The translations under genes and the position numbers were made by a program. Below the pieces are notes generated by a model. The model was not told where the DNA came from and did not search any database. It saw only the letters and a program-made list of their open reading frames with translations. Positions 40,021-48,591 of a DNA stretch of 64,000 bases are shown here, piece after piece. Each line of letters opens with the position of its first letter. Position 1 is the stretch's first letter. This DNA comes from an uncultured delta proteobacterium (GTDB taxonomy: Bacteria; Desulfobacterota; RBG-13-43-22): contig CAVUPH010000008.1 in NCBI GenBank assembly GCA_963743305.1, positions 67,679 to 131,678 of the forward strand, written 5' to 3'.

Positions 40021-41790
40021 ATGACTAAAGAAATCGTCATCAGTGTTTGTACCGGCACAGGAGGGATCGCGGCCGGGGGCTACAAGGTTTTGGCCGCCTT
40101 TGAGGAAGCCCTGGGGGACAGCGACCTGAAGGTCCGGTTTAAACCTCGTACCCATAAAGTGGGCTGCCGTGGTTTTTGCGCCAAGGATGTCCTGGTCGAT
40201 GTAGTCGTTGACGGCCAAAAAGAAACCTACCAGTTTGTTACCCCGGAACGGGCGAAAGAGATCGTTGCCCAACACCTCCTGGGAGGTGCGCCGGTCAACC
40301 AATGGCTGGTAAAGGAAGACTACCATGCCTTTCACAGCAAACAACAAAAGCTGGTCCTGAAAGACTGCGGCCAGATAGATCCGGAATCCATCGACGAATA
40401 TATCGCCGCCGGGGGCTACCGGTCCGCCCGGAAGGCCTTGTCGCTGGATCCGATGCAGATTGTCCACATGATAAAAGAATCGGGCTTGCGGGGACGGGGC
40501 GGCGGCGGTTTCCCTACCGGGGTCAAGTGGGAGAGTTGCCAAAAAGCCGAGGGGAAGATCAAATACGTGTTATGCAATGCCGATGAGGGCGACCCCGGCG
40601 CCTTTATGGACCGCTCGGTCCTCGAGGGAAACCCCCATTCCGTAATCGAAGGCATGATTGTTGGGGCCCGGGCCGTTGGATCCACGGAAGGCATTGTCTA
40701 TATCCGGGCCGAATACCCATTGGCCGTAAACCGCCTTCGACTGGCCCTGGAGCAGGCCCGGGAACGAAAATTTCTGGGGAATGACATTTTTGAGACCACC
40801 TTACAGTTTAATATCAAAATAGTATTGGGTGCCGGCGCTTTTGTCTGTGGGGAATCTACGGCGCTGATGACCTCCATCGAAGACAAGGCCGGTGAGCCCC
40901 GCCCCAAGTACGTACATACTACCGAACGCGGACTCTGGGGCCGCCCCAGCTTGTTGAACAATGTGGAAACCTGGGCCAATGTGCCGTTGATCATCGAGCA
41001 GGGTCCCTTGTGGTATTCCGGTATCGGCAGTGAAAAAAGCAAGGGCACCAAAATATTTTCCCTGGTGGGAAAAATTAATAACACCGGTCTGGTGGAAGTG
41101 CCCATGGGGATTCCGTTGCGGGATATCATTTTTGGAATCGGCGGGGGAATTCCAAATAAAAAGGCGTTCAAAGCGGTTCAAACCGGCGGCCCCTCGGGTG
41201 GATGCATTCCGGCCAGCCATCTGGACATGCCCGTGGATTACGAACACCTTTCCGAGGCCGGCTCCATGATGGGTTCCGGCGGTATGATCGTTTTGGATGA
41301 AGACGACTGCATGGTGGATGTGGCCAAATACTTTCTGGAGTTCTGTCTGGATGAAGGCTGCGGCCAGTGTACTCCCTGCCGGGAGGGTGTCGCCCAGATG
41401 GTACGTCTGCTGAAAGAAATCACCCAGGGGAAGGGAACGGCGGGACACATCGGTCTGTTGGAAGAGTTGTCCGCCATGATCAAAGACGCGTCTTTATGCG
41501 GATTGGGCACCTCGGCGCCGAATCCCGTGTTATCCACCCTGCGGTATTTCCGCCACGAATACGATGCCCACATCTTAGAGAAACGCTGCCCGGCCGGGGT
41601 CTGCAAGGCGTTGACTACCTTTATCATCAATCCCGAATTATGTACCGGGTGCGGTTTATGCGCCAAAAATTGCCCGGCGGAAGCCGTCACCGGGGAGAAG
41701 AAAGAACCCCACTTCATCGACCAGAAAAAATGCGTTACCTGCCGGACTTGTTATGAAAAATGCAAATTCGGGGCAGTGCAGATCGACTAA
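40021..41790 (+). CDS. NuoF/HydB-like subunit
   Basis: LRGRGGGGFPTG, NADEGDPGAFMDR, GAFVCGES, CGQCTPC, C-terminal 2x[4Fe-4S]. Confidence 0.95.
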   Translation: MTKEIVISVCTGTGGIAAGGYKVLAAFEEALGDSDLKVRFKPRTHKVGCRGFCAKDVLVDVVVDGQKETYQFVTPERAKEIVAQHLLGGAPVNQWLVKEDYHAFHSKQQKLVLKDCGQIDPESIDEYIAAGGYRSARKALSLDPMQIVHMIKESGLRGRGGGGFPTGVKWESCQKAEGKIKYVLCNADEGDPGAFMDRSVLEGNPHSVIEGMIVGARAVGSTEGIVYIRAEYPLAVNRLRLALEQARERKFLGNDIFETTLQFNIKIVLGAGAFVCGESTALMTSIEDKAGEPRPKYVHTTERGLWGRPSLLNNVETWANVPLIIEQGPLWYSGIGSEKSKGTKIFSLVGKINNTGLVEVPMGIPLRDIIFGIGGGIPNKKAFKAVQTGGPSGGCIPASHLDMPVDYEHLSEAGSMMGSGGMIVLDEDDCMVDVAKYFLEFCLDEGCGQCTPCREGVAQMVRLLKEITQGKGTAGHIGLLEELSAMIKDASLCGLGTSAPNPVLSTLRYFRHEYDAHILEKRCPAGVCKALTTFIINPELCTGCGLCAKNCPAEAVTGEKKEPHFIDQKKCVTCRTCYEKCKFGAVQID

Positions 41791-41802
41791 GGAGAGGGCG
41801 GG

Positions 41803-42621
41803 ATGGCCGGCATGATCACGATAACCATCAATGGCCGAAAGATAAGGGCGGAGGAAGGAATGACCGTTCTGGAAGCCGCCACCCGGGAAGGCATCTTTAT
41901 TCCGACCCTGTGTTACCATGAAGCGCTGGAACCCGAGGGAACCTGCCGCCTCTGTCTGGTTGAGGTGAGCGGTTCGATCCGGCCGGCTATTCGGGTCTCC
42001 TGCATCCAGGAAGTGCAGGAAGGTCTGGTGGTGGAAACAGACACCGAACGCGTTAAAAAAAATCGGCAGCTTATTTTGGAATTGTTGCTGGGGCGTACGC
42101 CTTACTCCAAGGAACTGCTGGACTTGGCCTCCCGCTGCGGGGTCACCTCGAGCCGTTTCCGCACGGGAGAAAACGATGATTGCGTCCGCTGCGGGCGGTG
42201 TGTCCGGGTTTGCCGGGACAAAATCGGCGTCTATGCCCTCTGCTGGGCCAATCGGGGATACGCTCGCAAGGTAACGACGGATTTTGAACGACTTTCCGAA
42301 TATTGTATCGGCTGCGGGGCCTGCGCCCAGGTCTGTCCTACCGGGGCAATCCGGGTCGAGGACCGAGGCGATGAGCGAAAAATATTCACCTGGGGACAGG
42401 TGCTGGCCCGTTTTAAACTGGAAAGATGCGAGCATTGTGGAAACCCTTTTGCCCCTAAGAAATACCTGGAGCTGATCAATGAAAGAGCCTACAAACCCAA
42501 GGGCCTCGAATTGATAAACTATATCTGTCCCGAGTGTTACGAGATGAAAGATCGGGCTTCCGAGAAGCGCCGGGAAGGCAGCCTGCTGCAGGTAATCAAA
42601 TGGTCGGTTCCCAGGGAATAA
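41803..42621 (+). CDS. HoxU/NuoG N-terminus-like Fe-S subunit with extra CxxC pair
   Basis: IPTLC, GTCRLC, CVRCGRC, CIGCGAC, CEHC...CPEC. Confidence 0.9.
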   Translation: MAGMITITINGRKIRAEEGMTVLEAATREGIFIPTLCYHEALEPEGTCRLCLVEVSGSIRPAIRVSCIQEVQEGLVVETDTERVKKNRQLILELLLGRTPYSKELLDLASRCGVTSSRFRTGENDDCVRCGRCVRVCRDKIGVYALCWANRGYARKVTTDFERLSEYCIGCGACAQVCPTGAIRVEDRGDERKIFTWGQVLARFKLERCEHCGNPFAPKKYLELINERAYKPKGLELINYICPECYEMKDRASEKRREGSLLQVIKWSVPRE

Positions 42622-42665
42622 CCAGACCATTGGGATAATCCTCTTCCAAAAAGAAAGCGCGGCTT

Positions 42666-44820
42666 ATGTCCGATCCTTGCCCGGTAAACACAACGATCCT
42701 AAAATTGAAAGACCTCTTGGAACCCGGCCGTCTTCAGGACCCCCAATCCCGGCGATTGTCCGAAGAGGCCCTACAGCTCCTGAATGATATCGCCTGGGGG
42801 AGGGCCGGGGAAGAGCATCTGGGTTTTCTGCAATCGCTGGCCCAAACGTTAATGGCTGACGGCCGGGATACGGCCGGCCAGGAGGCCGGCGCCATATATT
42901 CAAGCCGCCCTTCATGATCACCGAGAGGTATTTCTCAGCCATATCCAGACCCATAACTGCATCACCGGCGATTGCGTTCGCCTGGTCCCGGCCCCCTGCC
43001 AGATGACCTGTCCGGCGGGAATCGACGTCCCCACTTACGTGAACCTTATCGGTCTCGGCCGGGACGCCGAAGCCATCGAAGTCATTCGCCGCGACAATCC
43101 TTTTCCCTGGGTCTGCGGCCTGATCTGCACCCGACCCTGCGAGTTCATGTGCGTGCGTGGCCGGATCGACCAACCGATTTCCATCAAGTTCCTCAAGGCC
43201 TTTGCCGCCGAATGCGCGATCTCGGACCGACACTACCGGAACCCGACTAAAAAGCCGGACCAAGGCCGGCGCGTGGCCGTTATCGGTGCCGGTCCCGGGG
43301 GCCTGACCGCGGCCTACTATCTGGCGCTCCAAGGTTATGCCGTAACGGTGTTCGAGGCGCTGCCGGTGGCGGGTGGCATGATGATGCTCGGCATTCCCCG
43401 GTACCGGCTGCCCCGGGAGGTCATCGACCGCGAGGCGGCCATGCTGGAGGACCTGGGCGTGGCCTTCCGCTTCAACACCCGGTACGGCCGCGACGTGACC
43501 TGGGCGGGTTTGCGATCCAAGGGGTTCCAGGCGCTGTTCCTGGCCATCGGCGCCCATGAATCTTTAAAGCTCTATATCCCGGGGGAAAATGATTTCCCGC
43601 AGGTCATCGAGGCCGTCGACTTTCTACGACGGGTGGCGCTGGGAGACCACCGGATTCCCGGAAAGCGGGCGGTCATCGTCGGCGGCGGCAACGTGGCGAT
43701 CGACGCGGCTCGCACCTGTTTGCGGCTGGGCTCCGATGAGGTAATCATCGCCTACCGGCGAACCCGGAACGAAATGCCGGCCGATGTCGAGGAATTGGAC
43801 CAAGCCGAAGAGGAAGGTATTGTCCTGTCGTTCCTGACCATCCCCATAGCCGTTCTCGGCCGGGACGGCCGCCTGACCGGCTTGCTTTGTCGCCGCGCCG
43901 AAATGATCCGGAAAGAAGGCAGCGACCGCCCCTCTCCAGTCCCGGTGGAGGGAAGTGACTTCCTCCTCGAGGCCGATACGATCATCTCGGCCATCGGCCA
44001 GCGCATCGACCTGGAGTGCCTGGACGATTTAAAAGACCTCAAATGGTCGCGGCGCCAGACCATCTTGGCCAACCCCGTTACCCTGGAAACTGCGATCCCC
44101 GGGGTATTTGCCGGCGGCGATGCCGTCACCGGCCCGGCTACGGTCGTCGAGGCCATCGGGGCGGGCAAGCGCGCCGCCGAAGCCATCGACCGCTACCTGT
44201 CCGGGATTCCCCAGCCTAAGATGCCGCCGGTACCGGTTCGTCGCGGGCGGGTGGAATGGCTCGATGTCCCGGCCAGCACCAAGATGACCCTTCGGCGTCC
44301 GGAAATGCCGCTGCTCAACCTCGAACGACGGCGCATCACCTTCCAGCAGGTGGAGCTCGGCTACCCCGAAAACGCCGTCCGGGAAGAAGCCCGACGCTGC
44401 CTGCGCTGCGACATCTGTCTGCGCTGCGGCCGGTGCGTCGAGATCTGCCGGGACCAAATGGGCCTCGACGCCCTGGCGTTCGGTTTTTTAAACTTCGATC
44501 ACCCGGCGCTTACGGACTTCCGATTGACGGCCGAACGCTGCATCTTGTGCGGCGCCTGCGCGGCCAATTGCCCCAACCAGGCCCTCCGCATCATCGACCG
44601 CGGAGACGAGCGGCTTCTGTCCTACTGCGGCACCATTTTAAATCGCCAGAAGCTGGAATACTGCCGGAATTGCGGCACGGTCCTGGGCCCGGCGCGGTAC
44701 CTGGAATTTTTACAGAAACGGACTCAAGGCGTCGGTCCGGCCCTGACCACCCGGCCTTTGTGCCAGGCCTGTGCCCGCCAGCAGACCGCCAGGGCCCATG
44801 TGGAAATGCACCCGGCCTAA
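42666..44820 (+). CDS. GltD/NfnB-like FAD/NADP-dependent oxidoreductase with ferredoxin tail (frameshift near 42895)
   Basis: PCQMTCP, CGLICTRPCE, GAGPGG, GIPRYRLP, GGGNVAID, YRRTR, GGDAV, RCLRCD plus 2x[4Fe-4S]; removing one base joins ORF 42666. Confidence 0.88.
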
Positions 44821-44859
44821 CCCCGGCCGCCTGCGGCCGCTGTAATAAGGAGCGCATCC

Positions 44860-45072
44860 ATGGCTTTTCACCGAGGTCAAAAAGTGGAGATATTCTGTAA
44901 ATCCCAAGACGAGGGCTGGGAGAAGTACATGGACCAGTACCTGGGCCGCCACGGGATCATCACCGATCCGGATACCTCCAAAAACGATCCGGATGCCTTG
45001 ATCGAGGTGAGTGTGGAAGGCAAGGGCACGTACCGCTTTCCCCAGGACTGCCTGCGTCCTCTCCCGGAGTGA
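44860..45072 (+). CDS. small hypothetical protein, SH3/KOW-like pattern
   Basis: RBS AAGGAG; FHRGQKVEI...GRHGII...IEVSV...YRFPQDCL. Confidence 0.65.
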   Translation: MAFHRGQKVEIFCKSQDEGWEKYMDQYLGRHGIITDPDTSKNDPDALIEVSVEGKGTYRFPQDCLRPLPE

Positions 45073-45168
45073 CCCGGCCGGGCCCTGCCCGCCGCACCGG
45101 GGACCATTTTCCAGGCGACGTTTGGAGAAACGCCCGGTGTGCTCCTGCCGTCCCAAGAAAGGTCCGCA

Positions 45169-45756
45169 ATGATGATCCAGACGATTGGCCGGTTTGCTTT
45201 CGGGGAATTCGTCGACCGGGTAAAGGCCTTCCATGGTTTTCCCGCCCCCGGGGTAATCCTGGGCGGAGTCATGGTCGATTTGGCCATAAAAAATTTGCCG
45301 GATCATATTTTGTATGATGCCCTTTGTGAAACCGATAAGTGCCTCCCGGATGCCGTTCAATTGCTGACCCCCTGTACGGTGGGCAACGGGTGGCTAAAGG
45401 TTCAGGATTGGGGTCGGTTCGCCCTGGCTCTCTACAATAAAAAAACCGGGGCGGGGATCAGGGTGGTTTTGAATCCTGCTCGGGTGGAAGAGTGGCCTGA
45501 AATCAAGGACTGGTACTACAAACTGAAACCCAAAAAGGAAGGGGACCCGGAAAAACTTCTCATCGCTATCCAAGGGTCCGGGCATAGGCTCTGCTCGCCG
45601 CAGAAAATCCAGATTCAGCCCGCGCTGCTGATAAAAAAACCCAGGGGAAAACGGGTCGTCTGTCCCCAATGTCAGGAAGCCTTTCCGGCAGACGCTCCAG
45701 GAATCTGTTTAGCCTGCCAAGGGAAATCTCCTTACCTTTCCCAATGCAGGGAATAA
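45169..45756 (+). CDS. FmdE-family protein with C-terminal Zn ribbon
   Basis: FHGFPAPG, CLPDAVQLLTPCTVGNG, CPQC...CLACQG. Confidence 0.88.
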   Translation: MMIQTIGRFAFGEFVDRVKAFHGFPAPGVILGGVMVDLAIKNLPDHILYDALCETDKCLPDAVQLLTPCTVGNGWLKVQDWGRFALALYNKKTGAGIRVVLNPARVEEWPEIKDWYYKLKPKKEGDPEKLLIAIQGSGHRLCSPQKIQIQPALLIKKPRGKRVVCPQCQEAFPADAPGICLACQGKSPYLSQCRE

Positions 45757-45839
45757 CCCATTTCCATTCGGCAAAATTTAATGGACGATGGGCTGGAGAC
45801 TATGGTAAAAATGGCCACGGGCTCCTAAAAAATTGACGC

Positions 45840-46148
45840 TTCGCCCTTTTGGGTGGGTACCCCTTGGATCTAGTATGGCCATCTGGTCTCGGCGAAAGGG
45901 TTTTCCAAAGGTACTCCGGACTTCGAATCCGGGCCGAAATTACTCATTTTATTTGAAGCAGGCCCAAACTCAGAGACTTTTGATGCTTCCCAGGCTGGCC
46001 CTGCTTCCGGGAAGATTTAGAAACACTGGGGCCGGGTTAGAACCTATAAGGCCAGGTGGAAAACCCTTTCGCCGAGACCAGATGGCCATGGGGGCCTGAT
46101 TTCAGTCTAATCTACTAGATATCGTGGCCACCCACCCAAAAGGGCGAA
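45840..46148. repeat. nested inverted-repeat element (structured RNA, MITE-like or invertible segment)
   Basis: Perfect 19-bp IR (45840-45858/46130-46148), 8-bp IR (45868-45875/46113-46120) and perfect 33-bp IR (45875-45907/46057-46089). Confidence 0.85.
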
Positions 46149-46190
46149 CAACCAAAAAGTTTAGGGATTCAAAAGAGGAAAAGACCGACC

Positions 46191-46562
46191 ATGACCAACT
46201 TAAAATTTCATCCGGACCATTCCTGGATTCGAATGGAGGGTGATATCGGCATCATCGGCATCTCCCATTTTGCCCAGGAGCAGATGGGCAAGATTATCTA
46301 TGTGGAATTGCCCGAGCCCGGGACCGAGGTTATCGCCGGTGAACCGCTGGGAGCTCTGGAATCGAGCAAAGTGACTTCCGATCTCATCGCTCCGATAAGC
46401 GGCGAAGTCATAGAATCCAATCAGGACCTGGACCAAGAGCCCACCCTGATCAACGATTCCCCTTACGAACGGGGATGGATCACCCGGGTCAGGCTGAAAA
46501 ACCCGGCTGAAATCGATGCCCTGATGGAAGAGGCCGCTTACCTCGCCCGGGTCTCCAATTAA
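46191..46562 (+). CDS. gcvH: glycine cleavage system H protein
   Basis: HSW, GISHFAQ, lipoyl-Lys motif LESSK, INDSPY.GW. Confidence 0.92.
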   Translation: MTNLKFHPDHSWIRMEGDIGIIGISHFAQEQMGKIIYVELPEPGTEVIAGEPLGALESSKVTSDLIAPISGEVIESNQDLDQEPTLINDSPYERGWITRVRLKNPAEIDALMEEAAYLARVSN

Positions 46563-46575
46563 CTGATTTTCAGAG

Positions 46576-48024
46576 ATGAGTATCCGCATCGGCATTATCG
46601 GCGCCGGACCGGGGGGTTATATCGCCGCCATCCGCGCCGCCCAGTTGGGCGCGGAGGTCCTCCTTTTTGAACAGGAGGAAGTGGGGGGGACCTGCCTGAA
46701 CTGGGGTTGCATCCCCACTAAGACCCTGAGGACCACCGCCGAGGCCCTTGAGCAGTTTCACCGGGCCAGGGAATTGGGAATTGATCTGGAGGGCGGCTTT
46801 AAACCCAACCTGAAGCGGATCATGTCCCGGAAAAACGAAGTAATTCAGATCCTGGTCCAGGGCATCCGAAAAATTCTGAGCAGCTATAAAATCCAACAGG
46901 TCTCGGGCCAGGCCTTCGTGGCCGATCCCCGGATGATCAAGGTTCGGGAAAACCAGGGCGGGGAACAGAAATTCCCGGTGGATAAGATGATCCTCGCTCC
47001 CGGTTCCCGGCCTCTGGCTTTTCCGGCCTTTCCCTTTGACGGGACCCACATCCTCTCCAGTAACGACGCCCTGACCCTGGAAACGATTCCGGAATCCATC
47101 CTGATCATCGGCGGCGGGGTGATCGGTTGCGAATTCGCGTTTATTTTCCAGGCCCTGGGCAGCCAGGTGACGGTGGTGGAGGCCCTGCCCCGGGTCATCG
47201 GCCTGCCTTCGGTGGATGGGGACTGCTCCACGGTCCTGCAGCGCGAAATGAAAAAAAAGAAGATCCGTCTTTATCTGGACAAGACCGTGGAACAGACAGA
47301 AGTCCAAAACGGACGGGTCAAAGTGACCATCGGGCCTTCCCCCTTTCTTGTGGAAGCAAAAGAAAAGGATAAAAAAACCGTCGAGGTGGAGGTGCGGCAG
47401 GTCTTAGTCACCATAGGACGGCAGTCAAACACCGAAGTCCTGGGGCTGGAGTCCTTGGGCCTGGAGCGGGATACCCGGGGCTGGATCAGGGCCAATGAAC
47501 GGTTGGAGACCAATATCCCCGGGATCTATGCCGTTGGGGACGCCCTGGGGCCGTCCAAGATCATGCTGGCCCATGTGGCCTCCACCGAAGGGATCCTGGC
47601 TGCTGAAAACATCATGGGCCGTAAGCGGACCATGGATTACGAAGTGGTGCCCTCGGGAATATTCACTTTCCCCGAGGTTGCCAACGTGGGCCTCACCGAA
47701 TCCCAAGCCGGCCTGCGGGGCCTGGAAGTGCGGGCCGACAGCTTTCCTTTTCGGGCCCTGGGAAAACCCCAGGCGATGGGAGAAATCGTGGGGCAGGTCA
47801 AAATCATTTCGGAGCGAAAAAACCTGAGGATAGTGGGGGTCCATATCGTCGGGCCACACGCCACCGATCTGATCGCCGAAGGGGCCCTGGCGATCCAAAT
47901 GGGGGCCACGGTGGAAGATCTGGCGCGGACCATCCACGCCCACCCCACCCTGTCCGAGGCGGTTCTGGAAGCGGCCCATCAGGCCCTGGGCACAGGCCTG
48001 CATAGTTTAAAAGAGAGCCATTAA
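46576..48024 (+). CDS. lpdA: dihydrolipoamide dehydrogenase
   Basis: GAGPGGY, GGTCLNWGCIPTK, GGGVIG, HAHPTLSE. Confidence 0.95.
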   Translation: MSIRIGIIGAGPGGYIAAIRAAQLGAEVLLFEQEEVGGTCLNWGCIPTKTLRTTAEALEQFHRARELGIDLEGGFKPNLKRIMSRKNEVIQILVQGIRKILSSYKIQQVSGQAFVADPRMIKVRENQGGEQKFPVDKMILAPGSRPLAFPAFPFDGTHILSSNDALTLETIPESILIIGGGVIGCEFAFIFQALGSQVTVVEALPRVIGLPSVDGDCSTVLQREMKKKKIRLYLDKTVEQTEVQNGRVKVTIGPSPFLVEAKEKDKKTVEVEVRQVLVTIGRQSNTEVLGLESLGLERDTRGWIRANERLETNIPGIYAVGDALGPSKIMLAHVASTEGILAAENIMGRKRTMDYEVVPSGIFTFPEVANVGLTESQAGLRGLEVRADSFPFRALGKPQAMGEIVGQVKIISERKNLRIVGVHIVGPHATDLIAEGALAIQMGATVEDLARTIHAHPTLSEAVLEAAHQALGTGLHSLKESH

Positions 48025-48030
48025 AAAAAC

Positions 48031-48058
48031 TTGACAAGCCGATTATTCGTGATAAAAT
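48031..48058 (+). promoter_or_regulatory. sigma70 promoter of the cold-shock gene (long 5' UTR)
   Basis: TTGACA-16 nt-TAAAAT with extended TG; ~160 nt leader to ATG 48223. Confidence 0.6.
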
Positions 48059-48222
48059 TTGTAGTTAAGCAGTTAAATCCGTTATGAGTTCATGCGGAAT
48101 ATCATAGCGGTCGAAGTTGGTGGTAGATAAGAAAAAGTCCAAGCATCGTGGATAATGAGTCGATGCCTTTATTTTTTTATTCGTATCCCAACTTGAGAAA
48201 TCTGAAAAGGAGGGATACGAGT

Positions 48223-48426
48223 ATGCCAGAAGGACACGTGAAGTGGTTCAACGAAAGTAAGGGCTTTGGTTTTATCGCGGTCGATGGTCAGGAGAAAGAC
48301 GTTTTTGTTCACCATTCAGCAATCACCATGCAAGGCTTCAGAACTTTGGCCGAAGGTCAACGCGTAAGCTTTGATATCGAAGAAGGCAAAAAAGGCCCGG
48401 CGGCAACCAATGTAAAAGCTTTGTAG
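48223..48426 (+). CDS. cold-shock protein
   Basis: [20 protein letters not shown]; RBS AGGAGG. Confidence 0.95.
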   Translation: MPEGHVKWFNESKGFGFIAVDGQEKDVFVHHSAITMQGFRTLAEGQRVSFDIEEGKKGPAATNVKAL

Positions 48427-48449
48427 AAACCAGATTTCTCAAGAAAACC

Positions 48450-48485
48450 AAAAAAGGGGTTGAGCTTCCGTTCAACCCTTTTTTT
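48450..48485 (+). terminator. intrinsic (probably bidirectional) terminator
   Basis: A-run, GGGTTGA...TCAACCC, T-run. Confidence 0.8.
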
Positions 48486-48591
48486 GTTTTTATTCGCTCT
48501 TTCGGTAAGCGCTTATTCGGCTTTTGGGCCTTCGTATTTTATTCGAATTTCATGCTTCAAATGGCGGATGTACGGATATCAACTATCCCCT

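Noticed and set aside
45840-46148. Retron msr-msd
   Set aside because: No reverse transcriptase gene is adjacent or elsewhere in the window.
45757-46190. Glycine riboswitch upstream of gcvH
   Set aside because: The expected aptamer motifs (GGAGA...CCGAAG...CUCUCAGG) are not present in order; long perfect IRs dominate instead.
46191-46562. LbpA lipoate-binding protein of the sHdr sulfur-oxidation system
   Set aside because: The protein has no cysteines, looks like canonical GcvH, and no sHdr genes are present.
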